From Candidatus Cloacimonadales bacterium (GTDB taxonomy: Bacteria; Cloacimonadota; Cloacimonadia; Cloacimonadales; JAFGVF01), in NCBI GenBank assembly GCA_963662585.1, contig OY759729.1, forward strand, positions 1,408,001 through 1,472,000: a DNA stretch of 64,000 nt, written 5' to 3'. This document shows, piece by piece, positions 29,556-40,628 of the stretch (position 1 is the first letter of the stretch; each line of letters opens with the position of its first letter). The notes beneath the pieces were generated by a model. The model saw nothing but the letters and a program-made list of their open reading frames with translations. It did not search any database and was not told where the DNA came from. The translations under genes and the position numbers were made by a program.

Positions 29556-31085
29556 ATGAAAAAAGTCCTCCTAGCAATCTTAATACTCTTTTCCATCTAC
29601 AGTCTAGAGGCTGTTGAGAAAAGCGTCTATTTCCTCCTACATGGACTCTACAGTTCAAATTATCACTGGAGGGAGCTATTAGATTCCCAAGAGTTTGCTA
29701 GAAGTGAGTTCTCCTATGCTGGCAATTTCTATCTAACTGAAAATATGTTTGGGATAAATCAATTTGTAGTAACTCCCGAGCTTAAAGATAAAATTGATTT
29801 GCAAGCAATTCAAAATAACTCTGTGTTCACTATTAATTTTGCTTCAGGGTTCAAGAATGATTTCCAACAACAAGCTCTGCAGATAGAAAAAGTGCTAGAG
29901 CTTTTCCCTGATGATGCTACTAATTATTATTTGGTAGGCCATTCCATGGGAGGATTAGCAGCCAGGCAGTACATAAGCAATAACCTCAATAGAAATATTA
30001 AGGGAATGATAACTATCGGGACTCCTAACCTTGGCTCCTATTTAGGAAATACCAATACTAATCTAACAGCATTTTTAGGAATTATCACAGGCTTAGTTAA
30101 AAGACCTGATAATTTAATCACTGGGATTTCTAGGATTTGGAAAGAAGATAAGAAAAATGTTACTCCCGCTCTAGCTCCTGATAGCAAAGAGTTGCAGGAA
30201 TTAAACAGTAAAGAGTTTCCCCCAGACATTAAAGCACTTTGCCTATTTAGCACTATAAATACGCCTGAAGAGATAGATAATCTCTCTGCTGATGAGCAAA
30301 TAGTTCATCAAGTACTGCAAATGGAAAAACTAAAATCATTTAGTTCAATAAAGCCTAAAGATGTAGAGATTACCACCTTATATAATGACCTTTATTATAA
30401 TGATGGACTAGTTTCTATAGCCTCTCAAAATATCAATAACGCTATACCCAACAAGTATCAGATTGAAGCTTATCATATTCCTACAAGAGTTTATCATGAT
30501 AATGAACCTCATGATGTTAAGCATATTATACCTGCAATGAGAATAATTAAAGGTAACAAACACAAAAGAGAATACAATCTTTTTATCTATTCAACTACCC
30601 AAGAGATTATAACTGAGGATTACTTCTACTCTATCAGTAAGTCCTTTTTTAATACAGATACCTATGATGCTACATTAGTAGTTGAGAGAAATGACAGTTT
30701 GAAAGTTCTATCAGTAAGCAAATATCCCCCACTCTATGATTATGGGATTTTTTTAGTAAACGATTCTGAGAAACTCCTAGAGATTCAGAAGAAAATTGAT
30801 TCTACTTGGGTAAAAGCAATTATTGTTGATTTCTCAATCAATAACAATATTAAGCTTTTTGAAGATAAAGATTGTATCTATATAAAAGTCGTTACTGTTA
30901 CGGAAGCAGAGTGTTTTTTCAAATTCCTCAGTGATGTGTTAAGCGGAAAAGTATATGTTAAGCAAGATGAATTGGAAAGAGTTAAAGAGCAAATTATCAG
31001 ATACTACTTTACGACTTCTAACATGACTGAAAGATTAAAAATACCTGATCAATGGTGGGATGATTATTTAAGATTCTTCCAGTAG
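29556..31085 (+). CDS. Secreted alpha/beta hydrolase (lipase/PGAP1-like) with an unknown C-terminal domain
   Basis: Signal peptide, LLHGL, GHSMGG nucleophile elbow, IGTPNLGS, NDGLV. Confidence 0.78.
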   Translation: MKKVLLAILILFSIYSLEAVEKSVYFLLHGLYSSNYHWRELLDSQEFARSEFSYAGNFYLTENMFGINQFVVTPELKDKIDLQAIQNNSVFTINFASGFKNDFQQQALQIEKVLELFPDDATNYYLVGHSMGGLAARQYISNNLNRNIKGMITIGTPNLGSYLGNTNTNLTAFLGIITGLVKRPDNLITGISRIWKEDKKNVTPALAPDSKELQELNSKEFPPDIKALCLFSTINTPEEIDNLSADEQIVHQVLQMEKLKSFSSIKPKDVEITTLYNDLYYNDGLVSIASQNINNAIPNKYQIEAYHIPTRVYHDNEPHDVKHIIPAMRIIKGNKHKREYNLFIYSTTQEIITEDYFYSISKSFFNTDTYDATLVVERNDSLKVLSVSKYPPLYDYGIFLVNDSEKLLEIQKKIDSTWVKAIIVDFSINNNIKLFEDKDCIYIKVVTVTEAECFFKFLSDVLSGKVYVKQDELERVKEQIIRYYFTTSNMTERLKIPDQWWDDYLRFFQ

Positions 31086-31645
31086 ATTATCAAGTTCTCA
31101 ATTGTTTCTTTAGGTATTAAAGCTGTTAGATCTTCCTGCTTTTCTAATTTAGCACGAATTTCTGTAGAGGAAATATCATAAGGTTCTATCTCTATGATAT
31201 TAAATCTCTTATCTATTTCTTTATTTTCGGCAAAAGAATCACTATTTCTACTTACCACAGTGAAATTCACATTATCTAAAAGCCATTCCCATTGATACCA
31301 CTTAGAGAAACTAAGAGCATTATCATAACCAATAATGAAAGTAAATTCTTGTTCAGAATAGTGTTCTATCACTCTTTGAATCAGATTATAAGTGTAGTTA
31401 ATGCCGTACTGGGGTGAATCTAAATCGCTGACTTCAAACTGGGAATTATTACTAATAGCTAATTCTATCAAGTGATATCTTTGCTCAAAAGCTAAAAGAA
31501 GATTTGTGGATTTTAAAGGGTGATTTCCATTTGGCATAAAGATAACTTTCTGAGCTACCCTCTTCCTGATAATCTCCTTTGCGATATAAATATGACCATT
31601 ATGGATGGGGTTAAAGGCCCCACCCAAAATAGCAAAATCATACAT
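31064..31645 (-). CDS. nadD: Nicotinate-nucleotide adenylyltransferase
   Basis: GGAFNPIHNGH, IIGYD, W..W, ISSTEIR. Confidence 0.92.
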   Translation of the reverse strand: MYDFAILGGAFNPIHNGHIYIAKEIIRKRVAQKVIFMPNGNHPLKSTNLLLAFEQRYHLIELAISNNSQFEVSDLDSPQYGINYTYNLIQRVIEHYSEQEFTFIIGYDNALSFSKWYQWEWLLDNVNFTVVSRNSDSFAENKEIDKRFNIIEIEPYDISSTEIRAKLEKQEDLTALIPKETIENLIIYWKNLK

Positions 31646-32367
31646 TATTTTAACTTTTTAATAATTTTCTTAGTTAGTTTTTCATCTGGATAAGAGAGTC
31701 TTAGATACTCTTTAAAGGAATTAGCTCTATCCATATTGTCTTGTTCAAAATATATAATAGCACTGTAATAGGCACTTTTCATATCAATTTCACTTGAAGA
31801 ACCTGCTGATAGAACCTCACTAAAATATAGTAATGCTGCAGGGTAATCTGAAAGCATAAAGTAAGTATAACCATTTAGATATGTCTTTTCTAAAAGTTTA
31901 ACTTCAGCTTCTTTGATAATTTCAATTGATTCAGCTCGATATTTACCAGTTGGGAATCTAACTAAATACTCTTCTAGAGCAGAAATTGCAGCATTTGTTT
32001 CATCTTGAGTATAACTTGCAGGTTCAGAAGTCTTCCAGAAACACTCTCCAATTCTAAAATAAGCAATTTCTAAGTCTTTCATATTAGATGAGTAACGCAT
32101 AAGAAATTGATATTCAAGTCTAGCATTTTCATACTGTCCCATCAAGTAGTAACTTTCAGCAAGTTTTGCCTGAGCATCTGTAGTAATACCAGATGTTTTA
32201 TAACTAACGATTGATTCAAAGATAGGAATAGCTTTGCGATATTTACCTTGATTAAAATAGTTATCAGCTATTTTAAATCTTTCAGTTTCAGAAGAGTCTT
32301 CATAAAGATTGTTACTGCAACCCATAAGCAATCCTAAAAGCAGAGTTAATAAGAGCATTTTTTTCAT
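31645..32367 (-). CDS. bamD: Outer-membrane assembly lipoprotein BamD
   Basis: Lipobox LMGC, TPR repeats, Q..T..A...L..Y..RFP pattern. Confidence 0.8.
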   Translation of the reverse strand: MKKMLLLTLLLGLLMGCSNNLYEDSSETERFKIADNYFNQGKYRKAIPIFESIVSYKTSGITTDAQAKLAESYYLMGQYENARLEYQFLMRYSSNMKDLEIAYFRIGECFWKTSEPASYTQDETNAAISALEEYLVRFPTGKYRAESIEIIKEAEVKLLEKTYLNGYTYFMLSDYPAALLYFSEVLSAGSSSEIDMKSAYYSAIIYFEQDNMDRANSFKEYLRLSYPDEKLTKKIIKKLK

Positions 32368-32422
32368 TTTTTTTAGTCCTCTATACAGTACTGTTAATAT
32401 TTTGTTTATTTCTAGTGTTTAA

Positions 32423-32914
32423 TTATTCTATAGACCATAAGGAGTAGATAAGAGTCCCTGTCATTAATGAAATTAAGACAGATTTCCACAAGGTGACATC
32501 ACCATCATTGACAGAAGTTTCTTCTACTTTGCTGAAATTAACATGATAGTCGATACGCGAAGAAAGGTTATCTACAACTTTAGCTTCAGCGAGAATTTTT
32601 GATTGCTTAGCGTCCCTTGAAAAGAGAAAAGACTTTTTAGGAATATAAGTTACTTCTTCATTTATTGAAAAGAAAATAGATTTACTAGCCAAAGTCTGAT
32701 CACTTCTTACATCAATACTTTCTTTAATGAATTCTTGTAAGATATAACTATCTAATTGATGATTTTTAGAATTGATTAAATAATAGCTTTCCTTACTATT
32801 AAGCTGAACTTGAATATGAGAAATTAAGGTATCTGCTACTTCCTGATTAAAGATAGGATTAGCCATTGTTACCGAATAACAAAATAATAATATCAAAACT
32901 AGTAATTTTCTCAT
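32423..32914 (-). CDS. Hypothetical exported protein with a C-terminal TM anchor
   Basis: Signal peptide, hydrophobic C-terminus, operon context. Confidence 0.6.
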   Translation of the reverse strand: MRKLLVLILLFCYSVTMANPIFNQEVADTLISHIQVQLNSKESYYLINSKNHQLDSYILQEFIKESIDVRSDQTLASKSIFFSINEEVTYIPKKSFLFSRDAKQSKILAEAKVVDNLSSRIDYHVNFSKVEETSVNDGDVTLWKSVLISLMTGTLIYSLWSIE

Positions 32915-33627
32915 TTTTCTAAGTCCTTAATAAAAGCTTTTACTTTATCAATTCTAATATAATCAGAATAATTCTTATTGATAGTCTTTGCTTGGGTTAA
33001 AGCCAAGTCATACTTGCCTAATATCTTATTAATTATGGCTATCTTGAAAAGACTATCAAGACTCTTTTCCGAGTTTATTGAGTTTCTTGATACTTCTCTA
33101 AACTTATCAATAGCCTCATTATATTTTCCCTCATCAAAATCAATTTCTGCTAACCAATAAAGGCAATTAACCTTCAATTCATGAGAAGGATAGCTATTAA
33201 TAAACTCATTGAATTTCTTCTTTGCTTCTAGTAAATCTCTTTTGATATAATAGTTTCTAGCTTGAGCATAAAGAGTTTCAGCTGGAACACTTACACTTGT
33301 ATTATTGCTCTTCCCTACTTCTGTGCTTGTACTTTTCCTACTATTAGAGGTCATAAGATCAATTATATTCTCTACTCTGTCATTATAAAATGACAGTTGC
33401 TCATCTAACAAGTCAATTTTATCTTGTAAATAACTAACATCTTTCTCTAATACTTCTATTCTTTCAGATGAGATTATCTCTATAGTTTGATTTAACACCA
33501 TTACAGAATCTTGTAAAGTTGATAGTTTCATCTCTAAATCAGCAAATCTTTGCTTAATTATGTCATTATTATGTGAACAGCCAATGAACATTATGGTTGA
33601 GATTATCAGAGAAATTAGTCTTTTCAT
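32911..33627 (-). CDS. CpoB/YbgF-like coiled-coil TPR lipoprotein
   Basis: Lipobox, coiled coil, TPR F..FI..YP....NCLYWLAE. Confidence 0.78.
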   Translation of the reverse strand: MKRLISLIISTIMFIGCSHNNDIIKQRFADLEMKLSTLQDSVMVLNQTIEIISSERIEVLEKDVSYLQDKIDLLDEQLSFYNDRVENIIDLMTSNSRKSTSTEVGKSNNTSVSVPAETLYAQARNYYIKRDLLEAKKKFNEFINSYPSHELKVNCLYWLAEIDFDEGKYNEAIDKFREVSRNSINSEKSLDSLFKIAIINKILGKYDLALTQAKTINKNYSDYIRIDKVKAFIKDLEK

Positions 33628-33647
33628 ATTGTTTTATATTTCAAAAT

Positions 33648-33678
33648 CAGGTGGTAATATTAACTACTACCACCTGAA
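33648..33678. terminator. Hairpin downstream of the aminopeptidase gene
   Basis: tcaggtggta / taccacctga. Confidence 0.6.
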
Positions 33679-33694
33679 AGATGGAATATATATA

Positions 33695-35101
33695 TTAAGC
33701 CTTAAGAATGAAGGCTTTATATCCTTTATAAGTGCTGTATAAATCAGCTTTACTAATTAATTCATAAAGAGAGTGCATGCCTAAAACACTAGGACCGCAA
33801 TCTATTACTTCTGCGCCAAATTCAGCTAAGAACTTAGCAATAGTTCCTCCGCCACCCTCATCAACTTTACCAAGAGTTCCTGTTTGCCAGAATACTTTAG
33901 CATCGTTGAAGATTCTGATAACTTCAGCATTGAATTCAGCATTAGCATCATTACTTCCGCCTTTTCCACCAGCACCTGTGTACTTTAGAAGAGTAACACC
34001 GTGACCTAGAACTGGAGCATTTAATTTTTCATGAACACTTGGGTAATTTGGATTTAATGGAGCATTAACATCTGCAGAAAGAACTTTTGATTTCATTAAA
34101 GTTTTTCTTAAGTTGTAGCTACCACAATCTTCACCGTTTTGTTTTAACACATCACCAACAAAATCAGTAATGAAGATAGATTTAGCACCAGTATTACTAT
34201 CAGAACCAACCTCTTCTTTATCACTAAAATAAACAATTGAAGTTCTTTCTAAATCTTTAGGTGCGAGTTCGATTAGAGCTTTTAAACCTGTATAAGCACA
34301 GATTCTATCATCTTGACCATAACCCATAACCATTGATCTATCTAAACCAACTTCTCTTGCTTTACCAGCAGGAACTAATTCTAATTCTGCTGAAAGAAGA
34401 TCTTCTTCATCAATACCATACTTTTCATTAAGAAGCTCTAAAACATGATATTTAATAGCTTCTTTTTGATCTTTATCTTCTACTGGAATAGAACTTATAA
34501 CTAAATTCAAATTATCAGCAGAGATAGCATCACCAATCTTCTTTGGAGATTGAACATTTCTAGCTAGATGAGGAAGTAAATCAGGAATAATAAATACAGG
34601 ATCTGTTTCATCTTCACCAATAGTTACCTTAACAACTTCACCAGCTTTATTAATAACAACACCATGAATAGCAAGAGGTGTTGAAACCCATTGATATTTT
34701 TTGATACCACCATAATAGTGAGTCTTTGCCATTCCTAAAGCACTGCTAGCATCTTCATAAAGAGGATTCTGCTTAATGTCTATTTTGGGAGCATCAATAT
34801 GTGCGGCCACAATGTTAACACCATCAGAAACTGGCTTTTTGCCGATTATAGCAAAAGCTAAAGTCTTTCCACGGAAGATAGAATAGACTTTCTTTCCTGT
34901 TTTGTTAGCTAACACTTCTTTGAATCCATTTGATTTAAGGATTGCTTCAGTGTAAGCAACAGTTTCGCGTACATTTTTACATTCGTTCAAGAAATCGATA
35001 TAATCTTTGGAAAATTCATGAGCTGCTTTAATATCTTTTTTGTCAGCTTCTTTCCAGAAATTTTTACGACTATAGGTAATAAGTTTTTTCTCTTTTTTCA
35101 T
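33695..35101 (-). CDS. M18 family aminopeptidase
   Basis: AHIDAP, HYYGGIKKYQW, GQDDRICAY, DKEEVGS, GGGGTIA, MHS. Confidence 0.92.
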   Translation of the reverse strand: MKKEKKLITYSRKNFWKEADKKDIKAAHEFSKDYIDFLNECKNVRETVAYTEAILKSNGFKEVLANKTGKKVYSIFRGKTLAFAIIGKKPVSDGVNIVAAHIDAPKIDIKQNPLYEDASSALGMAKTHYYGGIKKYQWVSTPLAIHGVVINKAGEVVKVTIGEDETDPVFIIPDLLPHLARNVQSPKKIGDAISADNLNLVISSIPVEDKDQKEAIKYHVLELLNEKYGIDEEDLLSAELELVPAGKAREVGLDRSMVMGYGQDDRICAYTGLKALIELAPKDLERTSIVYFSDKEEVGSDSNTGAKSIFITDFVGDVLKQNGEDCGSYNLRKTLMKSKVLSADVNAPLNPNYPSVHEKLNAPVLGHGVTLLKYTGAGGKGGSNDANAEFNAEVIRIFNDAKVFWQTGTLGKVDEGGGGTIAKFLAEFGAEVIDCGPSVLGMHSLYELISKADLYSTYKGYKAFILKA

Positions 35102-35124
35102 CTTTACCTCTTATTATATTTACA

Positions 35125-35592
35125 TTACTTTATTGATAAAATTTTAAATTTTCTCACACCCTTAGGTGCTTTTACTACTGCTATATCATTTATAGATTTC
35201 CCAACAAAACCTTGTCCTATCGGAGATTCAACAGAAATCTTGGTGTATTCATTCTCAGGGAAATTAACTTCATCGCTCCCTACTAAATAATAAGTAATTA
35301 TCTCTTCTGAGCCAATTTCTTGGGCTTGAACAATTGCCCCAAATCTTACTTTATCCTTAGCAATATTTATAGGATCAATCACTTGAAGTTTAGAACTTTT
35401 TATTTTAAGGTGAGTTACTTCATTATCTATTTGTCTTTGTCTCTCTTTAGCAGACTTGTATTCAGCATTTTCACTTAAATCGCCCATTTCTCTAGCAATT
35501 GAAATTGCTTTCAAGACACTAGGTCTTTCTTTAAGTAAATCATTAATTCTTCTTTGAATTTGTTGCATTCCATAAGGAGTTATATAGCCCAT
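35125..35592 (-). CDS. greA: Transcription elongation factor GreA
   Basis: AREMGDLSENAEY, IS.ESPIG. Confidence 0.9.
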   Translation of the reverse strand: MGYITPYGMQQIQRRINDLLKERPSVLKAISIAREMGDLSENAEYKSAKERQRQIDNEVTHLKIKSSKLQVIDPINIAKDKVRFGAIVQAQEIGSEEIITYYLVGSDEVNFPENEYTKISVESPIGQGFVGKSINDIAVVKAPKGVRKFKILSIK

Positions 35593-35596
35593 ATTT

Positions 35597-36412
35597 TTAA
35601 CCTCTATCTTTAATTCTCTTTAGATGCTTATGACCTGCAATTGCACATTTTTTTAGCTTTGCATTTCCACTTTTAGTCCACTCTTCTACAATCTTATCTA
35701 TATTTTGATCATAGAAGCTTATACTTCCAGTAAGTATTTCAACAACATTAGGATCTCTGCTATTATCGTAAAAATCGAAAGTATCTAAATAGAGTTCTCT
35801 ATCAATTTTTGCAACTTCTTTAAAGAATTGTGATAAGCCTTTAATCAATTCATGAGGAGCATAAGCCCACTTATTTTCAAGATGTCTAAGTATAGGTTTA
35901 GCAAGCTCAGGATTAGACTTACATAACTTAGTAAGAATTTTCAATGCTGTCAATTCCAGCTCTAAATCTCCACTTGAAGTCCAAGTATAAGCAGTTGCTA
36001 GGTATTTATCAGGATATTTCTTTAAGAGTGGAAAAAATACCTTATCGATGATTAATCCTTTTTCATTTTGATCTTTGGCATCGTCTATAAATTCTAGCAT
36101 TTTCGCATAGTACTTTTCTTTATTTTTAGGATAAATCTTGTTTAATATTGTGCAAGCAATAAATTTGCCATTATACAGACCTTCATACCATAAATAGTTT
36201 AAAAATTCAGTATGATTTTCATGTTCTTTTTCAATACATTTGGCAATTTCTTTAGAAACTAAGTTTAATACTTCATTGGGAATATTATGCCCTTCCCTTG
36301 CTGGGTAAGCATTATATATCACATCAAAGCGATAATCTTTCTTGACTAATTTATTTTTACAGAAGTCTGTAGCATCTTTTATTAATCTTTCTTTCCAATC
36401 TAATGATATCAT
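35597..36412 (-). CDS. HEAT/ARM-repeat protein (DNA alkylation repair enzyme-like)
   Basis: All-helical repeat pattern with W...(S/G) repeats; the assignment is weak. Confidence 0.45.
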   Translation of the reverse strand: MISLDWKERLIKDATDFCKNKLVKKDYRFDVIYNAYPAREGHNIPNEVLNLVSKEIAKCIEKEHENHTEFLNYLWYEGLYNGKFIACTILNKIYPKNKEKYYAKMLEFIDDAKDQNEKGLIIDKVFFPLLKKYPDKYLATAYTWTSSGDLELELTALKILTKLCKSNPELAKPILRHLENKWAYAPHELIKGLSQFFKEVAKIDRELYLDTFDFYDNSRDPNVVEILTGSISFYDQNIDKIVEEWTKSGNAKLKKCAIAGHKHLKRIKDRG

Positions 36413-36425
36413 TTAATCTCCTATT

Positions 36426-39400
36426 CTAATTTAATACTGCAATTTTCCCTTTTTTCTCCGAATCTCCCATATTAATTACATAGAAGTAAACACCGGAAGA
36501 GACCTTCTGCCCATTGTTATTTTTGAGGTCCCAGCTAAAGTTATCGACACCGTAGAAAGGTCCGATTTTTTTAGTAAATACAAGGTCTCCTGATTTTGTA
36601 TAGATTGAGATTTTACCTCTGGAGTTTAAAGGGAAATTGGTAAAGTTAATCTCATTATCGCCATTCCTAAGATAAGTTGGATTGGGATATACTACCAACT
36701 TTGACAAATCAGTAATATCTGTCAAGTTGAAATGAATGGTACTTAACTGGGGAAGTACCACATTGCCATTACTATCGATAATATTGTTAATTATTAATTT
36801 GTAAGGATTATTTCCATACTGAAGTTCATTGGAAAAGTTAATAATTACTTCATTATCATGATGCAAAATATCTAAGAGTTTAGTAGTTACATCATTGGGA
36901 GGATTTTTCAAAGTAAAGTTACTTATTGTAACTGCTTGAAAATCCTGTGAGAAAATATTCTCTGAGAAAGTAAGTTTAACCTGATCCCGACTTACAATAT
37001 CAATAATTTCCACAGTTGGGGCTATTACATCCTCGACATTATCGAAGCTTGCTGATAAGGTTTCAGCTAAAATATTACTCTGGGATAATATAGAAGAACA
37101 GGTCAAGGTATATTGTGGGTTAATGAGCTCTTGGCGAAGTCTCACAATAGCTCTGGTAAAATTAGTATCTAATATTACTGAATGAGGATTCCCAATACCA
37201 CCGTCAAAAGAGTAATGTCCTACTCTTATCATTTCGTTAGATAGTGGGACATTGAAAACAACTTCAACACTAAAGTCTCCTATCTTCCTAACATTCAATA
37301 TTCTAGGTTGTAGGTTAGGAATAACTGTTTTCCAAGGAGTTAAGTAACTTTCTGCATTGTCAAAGCTTTCATTATAAGTACTAACTGCGAATTTATACTC
37401 TGTATCTACTTGTAATTGTTCGACAGTATAAGAACCACCATTTGTAGTTGAAAGAAGAGTTGGCACACCTTCAATTAGACTATATATTTTATAAGAAGAT
37501 AGACCATCAGCTTCCCAAGTAAGTAGAGCATGACTCTCATCAATAGGAACTGCTTCAAAATTGCTAGGAGTTGCAGGTTCATTATGATAATCTCGTGTTG
37601 TTAAGTAAACACTTTGAGGGGTTCCGTCAATTATTTGATTACATAGTAACATTGAGGGTGAATTGCTATCCGCTTGATAAAAGCTTATCTGGAATGAATT
37701 ACTAGAATTATGAACAGCAGTTGGAGTGAGCTTTCCATCTAGATATTCAACTTTATAGAGATATGGAGTTAAGGAAAGATACATTTCGTCTTTACCATCT
37801 CCATCAAGATCATAAATAACTAAAGAATTATTCTTATCAACATTATCAAATGAGATAGTATCTATAATTTGATAACTATTATTTCCGTCTGATTTATAAA
37901 GGTTAAACTCGAAATAAGTATTATTCATATTCTCTAAATTTTCCACATACCCACCAACAACAAACTCATTTGAGCCATCACCAGTAAAGTCGCCATAATC
38001 CAGATAATAAGCGTTTCTAACACTAACTCTATCAGACCAAGTTAGGTAACTATCAGCATTATCATTAATCTCAAAAATCATAACATCGCCATCAGTATCA
38101 GCAGTTAAGATATCTTGGTAATTATCTCCATCTAGATTAGCACATTTCACCCAAGGAACAAAGGTATTTCTAGCAAAAGTACTGGAAGAATTAACCAATC
38201 TTTCCTTCTCAACAAACTCTTGCAATTGCCTTTGATATAGCTTCACAACAGTCTGGGCAGGTTCATTAATAACACATATTAAATCATCTCTCCCATTGTT
38301 ATTATAATCAGCAAAAATAGCACCTGAACCATTAGCTATTGATTGAATATAGGAATTTAAAGGGTAATTACTTCCTCCATAAGTTTCATATATATAGAGA
38401 GTTTCTAAATTAAGTCCGACAACTTCATAACCTGAATTATTGGAATCACCAATATCAAGAGGACGGAATTTATCATTAAATTGAAATTTAACAGCAAAGC
38501 CCTCAGAATTCTGTTCATAAATAGCGACATTACCAAAAGTACCATTCTCTATATCCATAGCAATAAATTCATTTTTACCATTATCATCAAAATCCACAAT
38601 TTTTTTAGTAGGAATTATCTCGTTAACCATAAGGGGAGAAACTACAAAATTGTTGATTGGGGTAGAGTTATGATCAATTTCACCTAAATCAGGGAGTAAG
38701 CCTGAATAATAATTTAGACCACTTCTATTCTGAGCATTGATCTCTACGCTAATAAGTCCACTACTTACATTGTTTGGTATTGGTACAAAAAGCAGGGAAT
38801 CAGCTGTTTCACTAAAAGCGCTAAATTGCTGATTATCACTAGCATAAATACTTGCTTGCACATTCACAGATTCATTGAAATGGCATTTTATATATTGCTG
38901 TTTATTGTTTGAACGATACCTAGTAACAATTTCAAAATCACTTCTTAACTGGGGTATAGATTTATCTATATAGACATTTCTTAGAATGTTATAGGTTTTA
39001 CCACTATTGTTTTGGACAGACAGTCTAATTCTATATCTCCCGTCTAACATTTCTGGTTCAACTTGAAATTCATGTAAGTCTCCCTCAAAAGGAATACTTA
39101 CTTCGTTGCTATATATATATAAAGGTGTACTCCCATGAGTAAAACAATCTTTCCAAACTAAATCCTCAGTCTCGCTCCCAGGAGAGTAAGTTACTGAATA
39201 ACGGAAAAAGTCATCAATATTTATCTTACCCTTAACGGTGAAGGAAGAACTTAATCCCATCTCTTCATAAGGGTAAGTTATAGAAATATTAGATGCGGTA
39301 TAAGTGCTTAGAAGATTATAGGCATTTATCAAGCCATAACCATATTGTTGATTGAAACCATTTGTCTGAATGCTATTTAGAGGAAGGTACTCAGCAGTTT

Positions 39401-40616
39401 CATAAAGCATTGTTTTTAGTTCATCAAAAGTAGTACCTGGGCGCTGAGAAAGCAACAAGCCCATAATACCTGCAGCATAAGGAGCTGCCATAGAGGTTCC
39501 TGATAATTCAGCATAACCATCGTTACTCCCATCCATACTGTAAGTACTTATTACTTGTGAGCCAGGGGCTACGATATCTAATTCAGGACCATAACTAGAA
39601 AAACTGGATAAGGTCTTTGTCCTATCAACAGAACCCACAGAGAAAACTGTAGATAACCTAGCAGGATAACTAATGAAAGGTCCAGGATCATTACCTGATG
39701 AAGCAACTAAAATTACGCCCCGATCATAAGCATATTGGCAAGCATCTGCAATGATTGCGGAATAATAGCTTGAGCCCCAACTCATATTAATTATATCAGC
39801 ACCCATATCTGTAGCATAAATAATAGCAGCGGAAACATCATCATCTTGCAAATAACCACCTCCAGAAGTAGTTCTAAAACCAGCTCTTATAGGGAGGATA
39901 TTAGCATTCCATACCACACCAGCGATTCCTACTCCATTATTAACTTCTGCTCCGATGATTCCACTAACATGAGTTCCATGATAATTCTCATCAGAAGCAT
40001 CATTTTCTCTCTCAGTATAATCTCCCAAAGCAATATTATCAAGTGTAGGGGCATCGGTGAAGTCCCAGCCTCTATAATCATCAATATAGCCATTATTATC
40101 ATCATCATTCCCAGAATTAGCTATTTCATTTTCATTATTATAAATAATATTTGTTAAGTCTGGATGTTCATAAAGAATTCCTGAATCGACAACTGCAATT
40201 ATGATATCCTCGTCACCAGTAGTGTAGGTCCAAGCCTCAGGAATATTACATAAGCCATGTTGTTGTTGATAAAAGAAAGGATCATTAGTTGTATTATGAA
40301 ATACATTAAGATAGTTAGGTTGAATATATTCAACTTCAGAAAACCTAGTACTTTTAGCTTCTATTTCTGAAAGAGGTATTTCCTTGTTGGTCTCAATAAC
40401 ATAGTATTGATTATTGTTTTTACTTGTTAGAGGAGAGATTTTCTTAACCCCAAAGCTCTTGACCCAACTACTCATTAGAGGTAGAGAATCAAGGTCTAAG
40501 TTTGCTCTAGAATCTTGTAATTTAACAATAATCTCTCTGGGAGAGTAAGCTAAATCTGAAGCAAAGACAGAGAGCATTAATACTAGAAGAGTTAAGACAA
40601 GAATTACCTTTTTCAT
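36426..40616 (-). CDS. Secreted S8 subtilisin-like protease with FG-GAP/VCBS repeats, FN3/Ig-like domains and CTD
   Basis: Catalytic triad VDSG / HGTHVSG / GTSMAAP; DxDGDGxxE repeats; VYPNP...SSGVYFY...GKIAVLN. Confidence 0.9.
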   Translation of the reverse strand: MKKVILVLTLLVLMLSVFASDLAYSPREIIVKLQDSRANLDLDSLPLMSSWVKSFGVKKISPLTSKNNNQYYVIETNKEIPLSEIEAKSTRFSEVEYIQPNYLNVFHNTTNDPFFYQQQHGLCNIPEAWTYTTGDEDIIIAVVDSGILYEHPDLTNIIYNNENEIANSGNDDDNNGYIDDYRGWDFTDAPTLDNIALGDYTERENDASDENYHGTHVSGIIGAEVNNGVGIAGVVWNANILPIRAGFRTTSGGGYLQDDDVSAAIIYATDMGADIINMSWGSSYYSAIIADACQYAYDRGVILVASSGNDPGPFISYPARLSTVFSVGSVDRTKTLSSFSSYGPELDIVAPGSQVISTYSMDGSNDGYAELSGTSMAAPYAAGIMGLLLSQRPGTTFDELKTMLYETAEYLPLNSIQTNGFNQQYGYGLINAYNLLSTYTASNISITYPYEEMGLSSSFTVKGKINIDDFFRYSVTYSPGSETEDLVWKDCFTHGSTPLYIYSNEVSIPFEGDLHEFQVEPEMLDGRYRIRLSVQNNSGKTYNILRNVYIDKSIPQLRSDFEIVTRYRSNNKQQYIKCHFNESVNVQASIYASDNQQFSAFSETADSLLFVPIPNNVSSGLISVEINAQNRSGLNYYSGLLPDLGEIDHNSTPINNFVVSPLMVNEIIPTKKIVDFDDNGKNEFIAMDIENGTFGNVAIYEQNSEGFAVKFQFNDKFRPLDIGDSNNSGYEVVGLNLETLYIYETYGGSNYPLNSYIQSIANGSGAIFADYNNNGRDDLICVINEPAQTVVKLYQRQLQEFVEKERLVNSSSTFARNTFVPWVKCANLDGDNYQDILTADTDGDVMIFEINDNADSYLTWSDRVSVRNAYYLDYGDFTGDGSNEFVVGGYVENLENMNNTYFEFNLYKSDGNNSYQIIDTISFDNVDKNNSLVIYDLDGDGKDEMYLSLTPYLYKVEYLDGKLTPTAVHNSSNSFQISFYQADSNSPSMLLCNQIIDGTPQSVYLTTRDYHNEPATPSNFEAVPIDESHALLTWEADGLSSYKIYSLIEGVPTLLSTTNGGSYTVEQLQVDTEYKFAVSTYNESFDNAESYLTPWKTVIPNLQPRILNVRKIGDFSVEVVFNVPLSNEMIRVGHYSFDGGIGNPHSVILDTNFTRAIVRLRQELINPQYTLTCSSILSQSNILAETLSASFDNVEDVIAPTVEIIDIVSRDQVKLTFSENIFSQDFQAVTISNFTLKNPPNDVTTKLLDILHHDNEVIINFSNELQYGNNPYKLIINNIIDSNGNVVLPQLSTIHFNLTDITDLSKLVVYPNPTYLRNGDNEINFTNFPLNSRGKISIYTKSGDLVFTKKIGPFYGVDNFSWDLKNNNGQKVSSGVYFYVINMGDSEKKGKIAVLN

Positions 40617-40628
40617 AAGAGAATTTCC